Origin: a virus
IMG/VR virus record: IMGVR_UViG_3300027709_000056
Location: 135,811-199,810 of that record
Length of the DNA stretch: 64,000 bases
Direction: 5' to 3' (one strand)
The position numbers were made by a program, and so were the translations under genes. This document shows, in pieces, positions 9,216-18,423 of the stretch. The notes beneath the pieces are model-generated. The model worked only from the letters and a program-made list of their open reading frames with translations. It did no database searches and was not told the origin of the DNA. Numbering within the stretch: position 1 is the stretch's first letter; the number at the start of each line of letters is the position of its first letter.

Positions 9216-9436
9216 TAACAACTCTCCGCTAATTTAATTATATCATCTACAGTAACAAGATGTTCCATTTTATCTTCAGGCATAGTAATACCTGCTTTTT
9301 CTTCTATGGCACAACAGATCTCAATCATATCCATATCGTCGCCATCTAAGTCGTCGATTATACTATGTTTAGGTTCTATTACTACATCTTGTCCAAAATG
9401 TTCGTGTAATGCTTCCATTACTTTTTCTTTAATCAT
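9215..9436 (-). CDS. acyl carrier protein-like, phosphopantetheine Ser replaced by Asp
   Basis: SIIDDLDGDDMDMIEICCAIEEK aligns with ACP [27 protein letters not shown] SD before ATG 9436. Confidence 0.8.
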   Translation of the reverse strand: MIKEKVMEALHEHFGQDVVIEPKHSIIDDLDGDDMDMIEICCAIEEKAGITMPEDKMEHLVTVDDIIKLAESC

Positions 9437-9438
9437 TT

Positions 9439-9591
9439 TTACTCCATATCTACAGTAGCCTGGCCCCAGGCTGATTCTTCGTATCGGGCGTGGTAACAAA
9501 CTATAATTTCTATTGGTTTATTATCGCCATCTTTAAATTCTTCAACTAATCTACCTTCGTGTTCACGTCCACAGTTTTGACACGTTCTCAT
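9439..9591 (-). CDS. 50-aa CxxC/His putative metal-binding protein (not in ORF track)
   Basis: Manual: MRTCQNCGREHEG...VCYHARY...; ATGA overlap with endolysin stop. Confidence 0.65.
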   Translation of the reverse strand: MRTCQNCGREHEGRLVEEFKDGDNKPIEIIVCYHARYEESAWGQATVDME

Positions 9592-10112
9592 ATCATATTT
9601 AAGGCTATGTTCGATGTTTCGCTTACTCGTCTACTCCAGCCTCTTCCAAATGTTTCAAATGTGGATAAACTTTCGTAATATCCTTGCCTAGCATCTTGGT
9701 ACTCACGGATTGCTATTTCTACACCGTTTGCTTCAACAAATTCGTTTACTTTACTAATTGTATTTGGGCCTATAGCCCCATCTACTCCTGCTCCGACTAG
9801 CTCTTGTAGGTATCTAGCGGCTCGTCCTGTGCCAGCGTTTACGCCAAAGTCGAATACGCACAGATCTAGACCGGCGGGCAAATCGTTTGCATGAACTCTG
9901 CCCCAGTAGTTCTTTTCATAGATAGGAGCAACATCATCTTCAGTTAATGCTTTCATAGTGTCAGCATCAACTTCGTGTCCTACCCATTCTTCATAAGTCC
10001 GTTTAGTAACACCCATATTAGTGATACCACCCGGGTCTTTAGGATGATTAACGTAACCACCTTCATGGTCTAAGATTATCGAAAGTGCGTCTCTGTAATT
10101 CTCTCTCGCCAT
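9588..10112 (-). CDS. endolysin, glycoside hydrolase family 108 with PG-binding domain
   Basis: HEGGYVNHPKDPGGITNMGVT motif; C-terminal FGRGWSRRV. Confidence 0.92.
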   Translation of the reverse strand: MARENYRDALSIILDHEGGYVNHPKDPGGITNMGVTKRTYEEWVGHEVDADTMKALTEDDVAPIYEKNYWGRVHANDLPAGLDLCVFDFGVNAGTGRAARYLQELVGAGVDGAIGPNTISKVNEFVEANGVEIAIREYQDARQGYYESLSTFETFGRGWSRRVSETSNIALNMI

Positions 10113-10121
10113 TTTAATCCT

Positions 10122-10835
10122 TTACTGTTTTGATAATACTAATGTGTAACCTGTGTTTTCAATTAAATACTTGTCACCATATTTTGCAATATCATAATCT
10201 CCTAAATATTTAGTAAGGAAAATAATCTCTGCAAAAGAATTGGCGTCATATGATTCAGTAATTTTATTAAACATATCTGTTGATTTACCAAAATCATTAA
10301 CTTTAAATCTTATTGGTTCTGCGTACTGTTTTTTAAATGTGAGGTTGTCTTGCAATAATTCAATGCTGTCTACATAGCTTTTTTTGAAAAAGTTTTTATA
10401 GTTGTTTAAGTTATTTTCGTTAACTCTAATTTCATACCCTTCAACATCTAAAGGTACTGTTTCAGCTATGTTTATTTCATCAGCTTTTAAGCTATCAAAA
10501 CTTTTGTAGTATCTAAATTTAAGGTCATCTAAATCGGCTAGTTTTTGTACACCATCAACTATTTCAGTAATTTGTGATGGAATATCTCTTCCACGTTCTA
10601 GTTCAACAAAAACTTTATATGTTCCGTCAGGTTGTTCACCTGATGTTACATCTGAATCTAATACAAATGGATAACCTTTTTCTAGAAAGTTCATTAAGTC
10701 TTTTGCTGGCTCTTGTGCCGCAACAGAAAAACTTAATACAACAATATCTTTATCTTCACCCATTTTTGATTTAAATGAGTCAATTTCAAAAATATCATAA
10801 ACTAAATTTCTAAGATCTTTTGCTTGTAAACCCAT
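10122..10835 (-). CDS. hypothetical protein
   Basis: Long ORF coupled to its neighbour. Confidence 0.75.
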   Translation of the reverse strand: MGLQAKDLRNLVYDIFEIDSFKSKMGEDKDIVVLSFSVAAQEPAKDLMNFLEKGYPFVLDSDVTSGEQPDGTYKVFVELERGRDIPSQITEIVDGVQKLADLDDLKFRYYKSFDSLKADEINIAETVPLDVEGYEIRVNENNLNNYKNFFKKSYVDSIELLQDNLTFKKQYAEPIRFKVNDFGKSTDMFNKITESYDANSFAEIIFLTKYLGDYDIAKYGDKYLIENTGYTLVLSKQ

Positions 10836-11389
10836 TATACTTCGCCTTCAACTGGTACTGGAGCCGCCCCTAGTTCTGCGCCTGGCTCTGCTACTACTTC
10901 ATCAGCTGGTTGCATTTCTTGGTCTACTGCTGGTGCAACATCTGTAGCTGGTTCTGAAACCATATCTAATTGTTCTCTATATCCGCTATAAATGTTAATA
11001 ATTAATTCTTTAGGCATTTGGATTTTAACTACCCAAACAGGATGTCTATCTAATTTGCCTTTTTTAGTACCTGGACGCATATCGCCAGGCTCTAGTATTT
11101 TACGTGGTTTAAGTACTGCTGTTTTTTCGTAACTAACTTTGCAGTCGTAATCTATTAGGCGTTTTCCACCCATAGGATCTGGCATTTTATCTTTAGGCCA
11201 CATAAATTCGCACGTTACCCAATGCTTTTCTATGTTTGGGCCTGATGCTAATTCACCATCTTCCCAATTTTCGTATACGTAAATATCAAGCTCATCTAAG
11301 ACTCGTTCAAAGTCTTTTAGAACGCTAAAAGCGGTATCGCTTTCGTAGATACTTTCGATGTTTTTAACAATGTCCATTACGTCGTGCAT
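10835..11389 (-). CDS. hypothetical acidic protein
   Basis: ORF 10835..11410; probable ATG 11389 behind AGGAG; TAAATA at 11412-11417. Confidence 0.75.
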   Translation of the reverse strand: MHDVMDIVKNIESIYESDTAFSVLKDFERVLDELDIYVYENWEDGELASGPNIEKHWVTCEFMWPKDKMPDPMGGKRLIDYDCKVSYEKTAVLKPRKILEPGDMRPGTKKGKLDRHPVWVVKIQMPKELIINIYSGYREQLDMVSEPATDVAPAVDQEMQPADEVVAEPGAELGAAPVPVEGEV

Positions 11390-11554
11390 AGATCTAAGAC
11401 TCCTGTACACTTATTTAGCTATTCTGCATTCATATAGTAGCAGTTTAGTTTTTCCCCGTACTCAGTAAATACTTATGTAGAGGCAACTTTGTTGTGTTTA
11501 CGGCACAATAAGTTGTTCTTTATAGTCTTAAATTGACTCATAAAGGAGGACTGC

Positions 11555-12265
11555 ATGAGTAATAAACGAGCCAAACGGCATCTTCAAAATACGAGTAATA
11601 TTATTAACTTTCAATCACATAGAAAAGACATTAAAATACTTCCCCGAAACAGAAACCAAGAATCTTATATGCTAAAACTAATGGATCCGCAGAAAGACAT
11701 AGTCTTCGGAATTGGTCCTGCAGGAACTGGTAAAACGCTTTTAGCGGTACAGGTGGCAGTTAAGCTGTTTCAAGGTGGTATTGTGGATAGAATTGTGGTT
11801 ACTAGACCGGCGGTAAGCGTCGACGAAGATTTAGGATTTTTACCTGGAACATTGGAGCAAAAGATGGCTCCATGGACAATGCCAATTTTTGATGTATTTA
11901 AAGAACATTATACCCAACACCAAATTCAAGGTATGATTAATGAAAATATTATCGAGATTGCACCATTGGCCTATATGCGAGGTAGAACTTTTAAAAATGC
12001 TTTCATAATTGCAGATGAAATGCAAAATGCTACTACAGGTCAAATGAAGATGTTATTAACACGGTTAGGAACAAAATCACAAATGGTAGTTACTGGTGAT
12101 TTGCGTCAAGCAGATAGAATGTCTAGTAACGGACTATTAGATTTTATAAAACAATTAGAACGATTTAATAAAACTAGGCATATTGATGTTGTACGTTTCC
12201 ATCAAGGAGATATTGAACGTCATAATGCTGTACGAGAAGTTCTACAAGTTTACGGAGATGAGTAA
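11555..12265 (+). CDS. phoH: PhoH-like ATPase
   Basis: GPAGTGKT, LGFLPG, YMRGRTF, IADEMQN, TGDLRQAD. Confidence 0.95.
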   Translation: MSNKRAKRHLQNTSNIINFQSHRKDIKILPRNRNQESYMLKLMDPQKDIVFGIGPAGTGKTLLAVQVAVKLFQGGIVDRIVVTRPAVSVDEDLGFLPGTLEQKMAPWTMPIFDVFKEHYTQHQIQGMINENIIEIAPLAYMRGRTFKNAFIIADEMQNATTGQMKMLLTRLGTKSQMVVTGDLRQADRMSSNGLLDFIKQLERFNKTRHIDVVRFHQGDIERHNAVREVLQVYGDE

Positions 12266-12278
12266 TAATAAATAAAGA

Positions 12279-12362
12279 ATGAATTGGGTATTTCAAATAA
12301 GTCAATTACTATTAGGAATTATAATCATTAGCGGATTTATAGCACTAATTTATTACGTCTAA
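12279..12362 (+). CDS. 27-aa single-TM peptide (not in ORF track)
   Basis: Manual: MNWVFQISQLLLGIIIISGFIALIYYV; fills the gap exactly; TAAATA at 12269-12274. Confidence 0.5.
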   Translation: MNWVFQISQLLLGIIIISGFIALIYYV

Positions 12363-13108
12363 TCAGTATCGCCTGGCAGGTGTGTATCGTGGGCATCTAC
12401 GACATAATCCTTTTTCTCGTGTTGCCAACGAGTCCATCCGGCAAATATGATATTTTTTAATCCTATAATAGCATTGTGTCGGTCCACTGTTGATTTACGC
12501 ATATCACCAGTTCTTGCGATAATTTTTTCTCTTTTAATAGGAATTATTTGACATAAGGGTTCGCCCATTTTAATAGTAGTAGGTTTAATTTCTTTTAACA
12601 TTATATTAATTGGACTCATTAATGCACCGATGTCGTGATCAATGATACCTGGTATAACGTCATAGTTTTTATTTTCAAAATACCACATTGGTTGGTAAAG
12701 TAAACTCCATCCTGGAGCCGCATACATTTTCCACGGATTATCTAATTTTACTGCACATCTTACTTTATATTGTGGTAGTATATCATCATTAAGTTGATCA
12801 GCTGGATGCCAAGCATGATTGTATGTAGGATCAGAATATCGTCCCTCACAAGTTAATCCATCTGGACTAGGATTAAGCTCTATATCACACCAAGCAGGTA
12901 TAATATACCCTGTTGACATATAGTCACCAATTCCTGGACAGGCTTTTACAGTCTTATCGCTATCGATTGGGTACGGACATTTTTTAGTATAAACTTGTTG
13001 GTTAGCCCAAGATGGCGGTACAAAGTCTTTAGCAGGGCGTATAGGTGCGTGTTTTCTGACAGCCCAACGTTCAGTTTCAAAATAAAAATGTGGTTTTTCT
13101 TTAGTCAT
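12359..13108 (-). CDS. hypothetical protein
   Basis: Long Pro/Trp-rich ORF; fold not assignable by eye. Confidence 0.7.
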   Translation of the reverse strand: MTKEKPHFYFETERWAVRKHAPIRPAKDFVPPSWANQQVYTKKCPYPIDSDKTVKACPGIGDYMSTGYIIPAWCDIELNPSPDGLTCEGRYSDPTYNHAWHPADQLNDDILPQYKVRCAVKLDNPWKMYAAPGWSLLYQPMWYFENKNYDVIPGIIDHDIGALMSPINIMLKEIKPTTIKMGEPLCQIIPIKREKIIARTGDMRKSTVDRHNAIIGLKNIIFAGWTRWQHEKKDYVVDAHDTHLPGDTD

Positions 13109-13769
13109 TTAATTCGTTTATTATAGGAAAAATTCCTGCAATTACTTTGGCACAAGCATGAGCAATATCCATATGTTCTTTTTGTGTACCATGCCCGCCA
13201 CGTAATTCAATATAATGAACCCACGAACGAAGTGTGCCATTCATATATAGTCGTGTTTTAGTTAGTCCTTCAGGCAATACGGCTCTTGCTTGTTCTTTAG
13301 CAATACCCTGGTCTAATGCCCAGTTGTATGCTTCTTTACATTGTTCAATTATTCCTTTTTGTCTGGCTCCCCAAGCTATTTGTAATGCATCATCATTAGC
13401 TTCTATAGAGTTTTGTCTATTTTTTGGATCTTGTAAACGTGCTTCTCTAAAAGTAAATGCTTCTTTCATATCTTGTGGGTCTGCATAACGTTGACTAAAT
13501 TCTTGAAAGGAAAATGATCTGTGTCTTACTATTTGGTGGGCTATATCTCTTGTAGTATTAATTTCAAGACAGGCACTAACCATCTCTAATGGTGACCAAT
13601 GTTTGTGCTTAATCAAATACTTAATAAGTTTTGCACTTGTTTCAGTATTCATTTGATTAGCAGGATTACTAACCCTAGCACAAAAGGCGATTAAGTCTTG
13701 TGCGTCTTCTAATCCTTCTTCTAAAAAATCATCTGATGGTTTCGAGTACGAAACTAATTTTACACTCAT
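13101..13769 (-). CDS. thyX: FAD-dependent thymidylate synthase
   Basis: RHRSFSFQEFSQRY motif, HWSPLEM; ATG 13769 overlaps the ppiC stop. Confidence 0.95.
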   Translation of the reverse strand: MSVKLVSYSKPSDDFLEEGLEDAQDLIAFCARVSNPANQMNTETSAKLIKYLIKHKHWSPLEMVSACLEINTTRDIAHQIVRHRSFSFQEFSQRYADPQDMKEAFTFREARLQDPKNRQNSIEANDDALQIAWGARQKGIIEQCKEAYNWALDQGIAKEQARAVLPEGLTKTRLYMNGTLRSWVHYIELRGGHGTQKEHMDIAHACAKVIAGIFPIINELND

Positions 13770-14083
13770 CCTGTCCTCAAAATAATATGTACACCAAATG
13801 GTGTAATACAAGGAGGGCCTATGTCATCTTTTTGGATATTTTTACAGGCCGCTGAAAATTCTATTACCATAGACTCTTCTTCAAACCAACCAAGGTCGCC
13901 TCCTCGTTCTTTACTTGGACAAGCACTATTTTCTCTTGCCGCTTGTTCAAAAGATAATCCGCCACTTTTTATTTCGCTTATTAATTGTTCAGCTACATTC
14001 ATTGCTAAAGCAATTCCGCGAGTATGTGTAGGAGGATTTGCATCTTTATGACTTAATAAAATGTGTGATGCTTTTAATCTCAT
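13766..14083 (-). CDS. ppiC: parvulin-type peptidyl-prolyl isomerase
   Basis: ASHILL, FEQAARENS.CPS..RGGDLGWF, FGVHII. Confidence 0.93.
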   Translation of the reverse strand: MRLKASHILLSHKDANPPTHTRGIALAMNVAEQLISEIKSGGLSFEQAARENSACPSKERGGDLGWFEEESMVIEFSAACKNIQKDDIGPPCITPFGVHIILRTG

Positions 14084-14085
14084 AT

Positions 14086-14427
14086 TTAATCTCCTTTACC
14101 TGGAGCCTCACTAAAATGTTCCATTTTTCCTTTTACGCCTTCCCACTCTTTAACATCAGCGGGTACGTCTTCTTCACGTTTTCTAGAAATGTTTGGCCAT
14201 ATACTAGCATACTTTTCGTTTAATATTAACCATTCACCACTATCGTCCATGTTATCCGAAATTATTGCTTCTACAGGACACTCTGGTTCACATACACCAC
14301 AATCTATACATTCGTCTGGATGTATGACCAGCATATTTTCGCCTTCGTAAAAACAATCGACTGGACAAACGTCAACACAATCCATATGCTTACATTTGAT
14401 ACAGTCCTCATTTACAAGGTATGTCAT
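14086..14427 (-). CDS. fdxA: 7Fe ferredoxin (FdxA type)
   Basis: [22 protein letters not shown] and [12 protein letters not shown]. Confidence 0.93.
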   Translation of the reverse strand: MTYLVNEDCIKCKHMDCVDVCPVDCFYEGENMLVIHPDECIDCGVCEPECPVEAIISDNMDDSGEWLILNEKYASIWPNISRKREEDVPADVKEWEGVKGKMEHFSEAPGKGD

Positions 14428-14470
14428 TTTTGCTACTCAGTTCCTTTTTTATTAACTACTAATAAGCTAT

Positions 14471-15073
14471 TTAACTGGCTGACAAACTCTCTTGGATCCA
14501 TGTGGTTAAGATATACTTGGTTGTCTTACCAATTGGTGGATTACCTCTATGCGTATGGGACCAATCAGCTGGCCATACTAGGACTCTATTTTTCTTAGGT
14601 GCAAATCTTTTATTTTGATATAAAAATTCTGTTTCACCTGCTTCGTCGATATCATTTAAATACATTTGTATTACAACTTTTCTAGCAGGTTGATCTTTTC
14701 CAGATTCATAATGCCAATCATGAAATCCACCGCCTGGCTTAATACGTTTCATTTTTAGTCCATCAGCTTCCATACGTGCATTTTTTAATATGCTAAATTT
14801 ATTTGTGTATATAGGCCAAATATCTTCCCAGACCATTTTGAAAAAATCTTGTAAAAATATTCCATGAACTCGATGTATCATGTGTTGTTCTATAAACTGG
14901 ACTTCACCCATATCTCGTTCGTGTGCTGGAATATAATCTTTAGTAGCTTGTATGAATCCTGTGTTATCTAGTTCTTCAAAATATTTTATAATATCTGTTA
15001 TATAATTATCAGGAAGTACATTATCAAAAATTCCTATAAAACCCTCAATTGAATGTGTAAAGTTTTTATCCAT
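14471..15073 (-). CDS. 2OG-Fe(II) oxygenase
   Basis: WHYE...MYLND...GETEF...HTHRGNPP. Confidence 0.85.
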   Translation of the reverse strand: MDKNFTHSIEGFIGIFDNVLPDNYITDIIKYFEELDNTGFIQATKDYIPAHERDMGEVQFIEQHMIHRVHGIFLQDFFKMVWEDIWPIYTNKFSILKNARMEADGLKMKRIKPGGGFHDWHYESGKDQPARKVVIQMYLNDIDEAGETEFLYQNKRFAPKKNRVLVWPADWSHTHRGNPPIGKTTKYILTTWIQESLSAS

Positions 15074-15986
15074 TTAAATTATTTAATTTTATCATTGTTG
15101 CGGCCAAGTTAATTTCTGGATCTACAACTAAAGTATGATCAACTAATCCTTGTTTAATTATAATAACAGCTTGGTCTTGTTTTTCTACATCTCCAAACAA
15201 TTCTATGTTGTCATAAAGCCAACGATATACATCTTCCATTTCTTCTGCTTTTGCAGAACTACAAACTAACTTTCTTGCTTCAGTTATTTTACCTGCTTTA
15301 AATAACTCAACCATATCTAGTTTCCAATCAGCTTCTCCTTTATCCATTTCGTTTGGTTTAAGAAGAATACCTTCTTGGCTATTCATTTGTGCCATATTAA
15401 TACATTTACGTAAGTCTGGATATGTTGCTTTTACATAAGTGTCAAGTGTATCTATATCTGGAGTAACACCTTCTGTAATAAGAATTTCTGCTACACGAGC
15501 CGTAAACTCGTTTTGATCAATACGTGCAATATGAAAGCCTTGACATCTGCTATGAATTGCTGGAATAACTCTGTTAGGATAATTACACGTTAAAATAAAA
15601 CGTGATGTTAAATGATATTCTTCCATTACGCCACGTAATGCCGCTTGTGCGTTTGGACTTAAATAATCTGCTTCATCTAGTAATACAACTTTAAAATCAC
15701 CAAACGGTATCATCTGCACAAAGTTAATAATTTTATCTCGTACATCATCAACACTATTAGTTCTACTTGCATTTATTTCAAGTATATCATAGTCGTTGAC
15801 TTCTAATTCATTAAAAAGAATTTTTGCAAGAGTTGTTTTACCGATACCAGCATTACCACTAAAAAGTAAATGCGGAATTGATTTCTCTTTAATCCAGTTT
15901 TTTACTTGTGCTTTTTGGTGTTCATCTCTAAACACATAACCATCTATAGTTTTTGGTCTATATTTTTCTACCCAAAGTTCTTTCAT
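15066..15986 (-). CDS. clamp loader small subunit (RFC/gp44-like)
   Basis: LWVEKYRP, GNAGIGKT, LEINAS, LLDEAD, SRC; start at 15986. Confidence 0.93.
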   Translation of the reverse strand: MKELWVEKYRPKTIDGYVFRDEHQKAQVKNWIKEKSIPHLLFSGNAGIGKTTLAKILFNELEVNDYDILEINASRTNSVDDVRDKIINFVQMIPFGDFKVVLLDEADYLSPNAQAALRGVMEEYHLTSRFILTCNYPNRVIPAIHSRCQGFHIARIDQNEFTARVAEILITEGVTPDIDTLDTYVKATYPDLRKCINMAQMNSQEGILLKPNEMDKGEADWKLDMVELFKAGKITEARKLVCSSAKAEEMEDVYRWLYDNIELFGDVEKQDQAVIIIKQGLVDHTLVVDPEINLAATMIKLNNLNG

Positions 15987-16144
15987 TTGCCTCGATTCTC
16001 CTGTCCAGCCGCAACCAAAATTATAAACACATATAAAATTGGCCAAGCCCAGCCTATTAAATGTCCTGTAATATGTAAAACCATTAGTGCAATACCTGTT
16101 GCCCCAGCAGTTCCTATACTAAATCTTTGACTCGGTAATTGCAT
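15983..16144 (-). CDS. 53-aa two-TM membrane protein (not in ORF track)
   Basis: Manual: MQLPSQRFSIGTAGATGIALMVLHITGHLIGWAWPILYVFIILVAAGQENRGK; GAGG SD; ATGA overlap with the clamp loader. Confidence 0.7.
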   Translation of the reverse strand: MQLPSQRFSIGTAGATGIALMVLHITGHLIGWAWPILYVFIILVAAGQENRGK

Positions 16145-16165
16145 AAAGTTTCCTCAGTTTATAGT

Positions 16166-16194
16166 ATTATAAACTAAAATTAGATGTGTGTCAA
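16166..16194 (-). promoter_or_regulatory. sigma70-type early promoter
   Basis: TTGACA-N17-TATAAT perfect consensus. Confidence 0.85.
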
Positions 16195-16202
16195 GTATTA
16201 AT

Positions 16203-16802
16203 TTAAGATTGTATTGGTAATCCGTTAAAAATAAAGCCAATTGTACATCTTGGACTTATTTCTTTTGGCGGCAATCCTTCGTGTAGATAACTGCTTGGAA
16301 ATATAATGCAACGGCCTTTTTTGAAATCAACTTCATGAAACATTTCGTCTTTATTCCAAAATCGTGTACCTGTATCACCTTGTACATAATATACCATTGT
16401 GTGTGACGGTAACCAATTTGGATCGTTTTCAATAAGTTCACTATCGTCAGGTGCGTCAGTATGCTTTCCACCAAAATGTTCTTCTGTAGTTAAATTGATT
16501 TGTGCTTGATTTAATTGTAAGTTTTCTGGAATATTTTTAAAAATATCTGTTTTAGTATGATGTATAATTGACCACATTGTTTTAAGTTCCCAAGGCATAT
16601 CAGCTAGAAAATTAGTATGACTAACTTCAAGTCCGTGTTGAACTTCACGTGTCCATTGTTCACTAAATGTTTTGTATCCTTCGTCGTATCCTAATCCCCT
16701 ATGTCCAAATCGTAATGGAAGATGGGGAATGACTGCTTCTATTTGTTCTTGTAAGTACATAGGTATTAGATCATCAAAAACTAAAATATTATTTTTGTTC
16801 AT
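16203..16802 (-). CDS. 2OG-Fe(II) oxygenase-like, paralog of upstream gene
   Basis: KHTD...GTRFW...IFPSSYLHEG. Confidence 0.75.
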   Translation of the reverse strand: MNKNNILVFDDLIPMYLQEQIEAVIPHLPLRFGHRGLGYDEGYKTFSEQWTREVQHGLEVSHTNFLADMPWELKTMWSIIHHTKTDIFKNIPENLQLNQAQINLTTEEHFGGKHTDAPDDSELIENDPNWLPSHTMVYYVQGDTGTRFWNKDEMFHEVDFKKGRCIIFPSSYLHEGLPPKEISPRCTIGFIFNGLPIQS

Positions 16803-17646
16803 TCGTAACTCCCCAATTATCTATATTATCTTGGTTAAAAATAGAATGAATAATTCTACGTTCTTTTGCAAATGGTGTAGCTTCGCCACTAAAAATAAAT
16901 CCAACTGTAACTCTAGGACTTGTTTCTTTTATCGGTAAGCCTTGATGTATATATTTGCTAGGAAATATAACCATTCTTCCTTCTTTCCAAGGAACTGAAT
17001 GAACTTTATATGAAGACATTTCTCCTGGATGATTTGCAAAATCATCTTCATACCAAGTTCCGTCTTTTGTGCGTAATCCACCATCTTTGTTAGCCATCTC
17101 TTTTGTTCGTTGGAGTTCAGCATCTACTTCAGCTTCAGTAACTTTTCCTTGAGTTACACCGTGCGATAGTTCTGCTAATTTAGGATTTAAATGTTCAGGA
17201 TTGTTAGACCAAAATTCTAGGCCTGTATCGCCTTGTAAGAAATATACCATTGTATATGCAGGGCAATCGTCTTGAATATCAACGTGTAGTCCACCGGAAT
17301 GTTTTTTAGTTGTTAAATTTACTTGTATTTGATTGCATTGAATGTTGCCAACAATTGGAGAAATAAGATTTTTATTTTCTTTTAATATTAACCATATAGC
17401 CCATAATTCCCAAGGAGTATCATTTAATTCTTTATTAGCATTAGCATCGCCCCATTGGTCAGACCAAAATTGATATCCTTGATATGGTCCAAGACCTCTA
17501 TGGCCGAATTGTAAGGGTAAGGAAGGTATTGTTTCTTTTGCTTGAGTATGTAACCATTTTGGAACAAGATCGTCTAGTACATAAATGTCGTCGGATAGTT
17601 TTTTAAAGGTCTCCGGTACTTCTATTTTCTGAGTGATGGATGTCAA
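16789..17646 (-). CDS. 2OG-Fe(II) oxygenase-like with internal insertion
   Basis: LHVD...IFPSKYIHQG; shares FGHRGLG with the neighbour; TTG start at 17646 five nt after AGGAGG. Confidence 0.75.
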   Translation of the reverse strand: MTSITQKIEVPETFKKLSDDIYVLDDLVPKWLHTQAKETIPSLPLQFGHRGLGPYQGYQFWSDQWGDANANKELNDTPWELWAIWLILKENKNLISPIVGNIQCNQIQVNLTTKKHSGGLHVDIQDDCPAYTMVYFLQGDTGLEFWSNNPEHLNPKLAELSHGVTQGKVTEAEVDAELQRTKEMANKDGGLRTKDGTWYEDDFANHPGEMSSYKVHSVPWKEGRMVIFPSKYIHQGLPIKETSPRVTVGFIFSGEATPFAKERRIIHSIFNQDNIDNWGVTNEQK

Positions 17647-18013
17647 ATTTTCCTCCTGGGTACCTTGATTCAAGTTTTTTAACATTCTCTGCAATTACTT
17701 CATTAGGATCAAAGCCAAGACTCCGACAAGCAGAAGCCCAGTACCACATAATATCGCCCAGTTCTCGCTTGAGATGAAATACAGTTTCATCGTTAAGTGG
17801 TTTACCTTGGAACAAACATTTTTTAACAATTTCACTAAATTCTCCTCCTTCACTGGATAATCCAATTGATGCTGTTAATAGTAATGATATGTTAATTCCG
17901 GTTGTACTTTCTAGTTCTTGTACTCTACCAAAGAATGCACCGGACTTATCACTTTCTACTGACGTAACACCTTTAACAAACTCAACGTAACGTTCTAAGT
18001 TAATGTTTTCCAA
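17603..18013 (-). CDS. MazG-like nucleotide pyrophosphohydrolase
   Basis: EGGEFSEIVKK...RELGDIMWY...NVKKLESRY. Confidence 0.88.
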   Translation of the reverse strand: MENINLERYVEFVKGVTSVESDKSGAFFGRVQELESTTGINISLLLTASIGLSSEGGEFSEIVKKCLFQGKPLNDETVFHLKRELGDIMWYWASACRSLGFDPNEVIAENVKKLESRYPGGKFDIHHSENRSTGDL

Positions 18014-18024
18014 CTTAATTTCCT

Positions 18025-18423
18025 TTATTTAGATATGTACGCATTATCAGGTTCTTCTTTCTGATAACCTATAATACCCGTAGGATCAATTGTGCGTAAA
18101 ACACAAACTTCGTCTTCATCTGGAAGTTGCATATTAAATCCTCTTGTCCAACGTCCGTGTTCAACAAGAATCCAATCACCAACTTCAAATTCGTCTTTAT
18201 TCTCGTGGCCTTTAGCATACACCTTGCCCCAGCGAGGTTTAATGCCACGATCTTTTCCATCATCGTGTGTAAGAATAATGCCGCCTTGAGTTTTCATTTC
18301 ACCGAAGTGCATTTCTCTAACAATAACTCGATCATGTAGAGGTCTAATATGACCTTTATAAATTGTTACGGGTTTGGCTGGGCCACCCATATCCTCCATG
18401 TCAACATTACTGAAATGTTCCAT
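18025..18423 (-). CDS. groES: co-chaperonin GroES-like
   Basis: RPLHDRVIV...KTQGGIIL...GKVYAKG...VGDWIL. Confidence 0.85.
   Translation of the reverse strand: MEHFSNVDMEDMGGPAKPVTIYKGHIRPLHDRVIVREMHFGEMKTQGGIILTHDDGKDRGIKPRWGKVYAKGHENKDEFEVGDWILVEHGRWTRGFNMQLPDEDEVCVLRTIDPTGIIGYQKEEPDNAYISK

Noticed and set aside
17590-17650. prfB-like +1 frameshift (GGAG-AC-CTT-TAA) fusing MazG to the downstream oxygenase
   Set aside because: The oxygenase has an in-frame TTG at 17646 five nt after AGGAGG, so no recoding is needed
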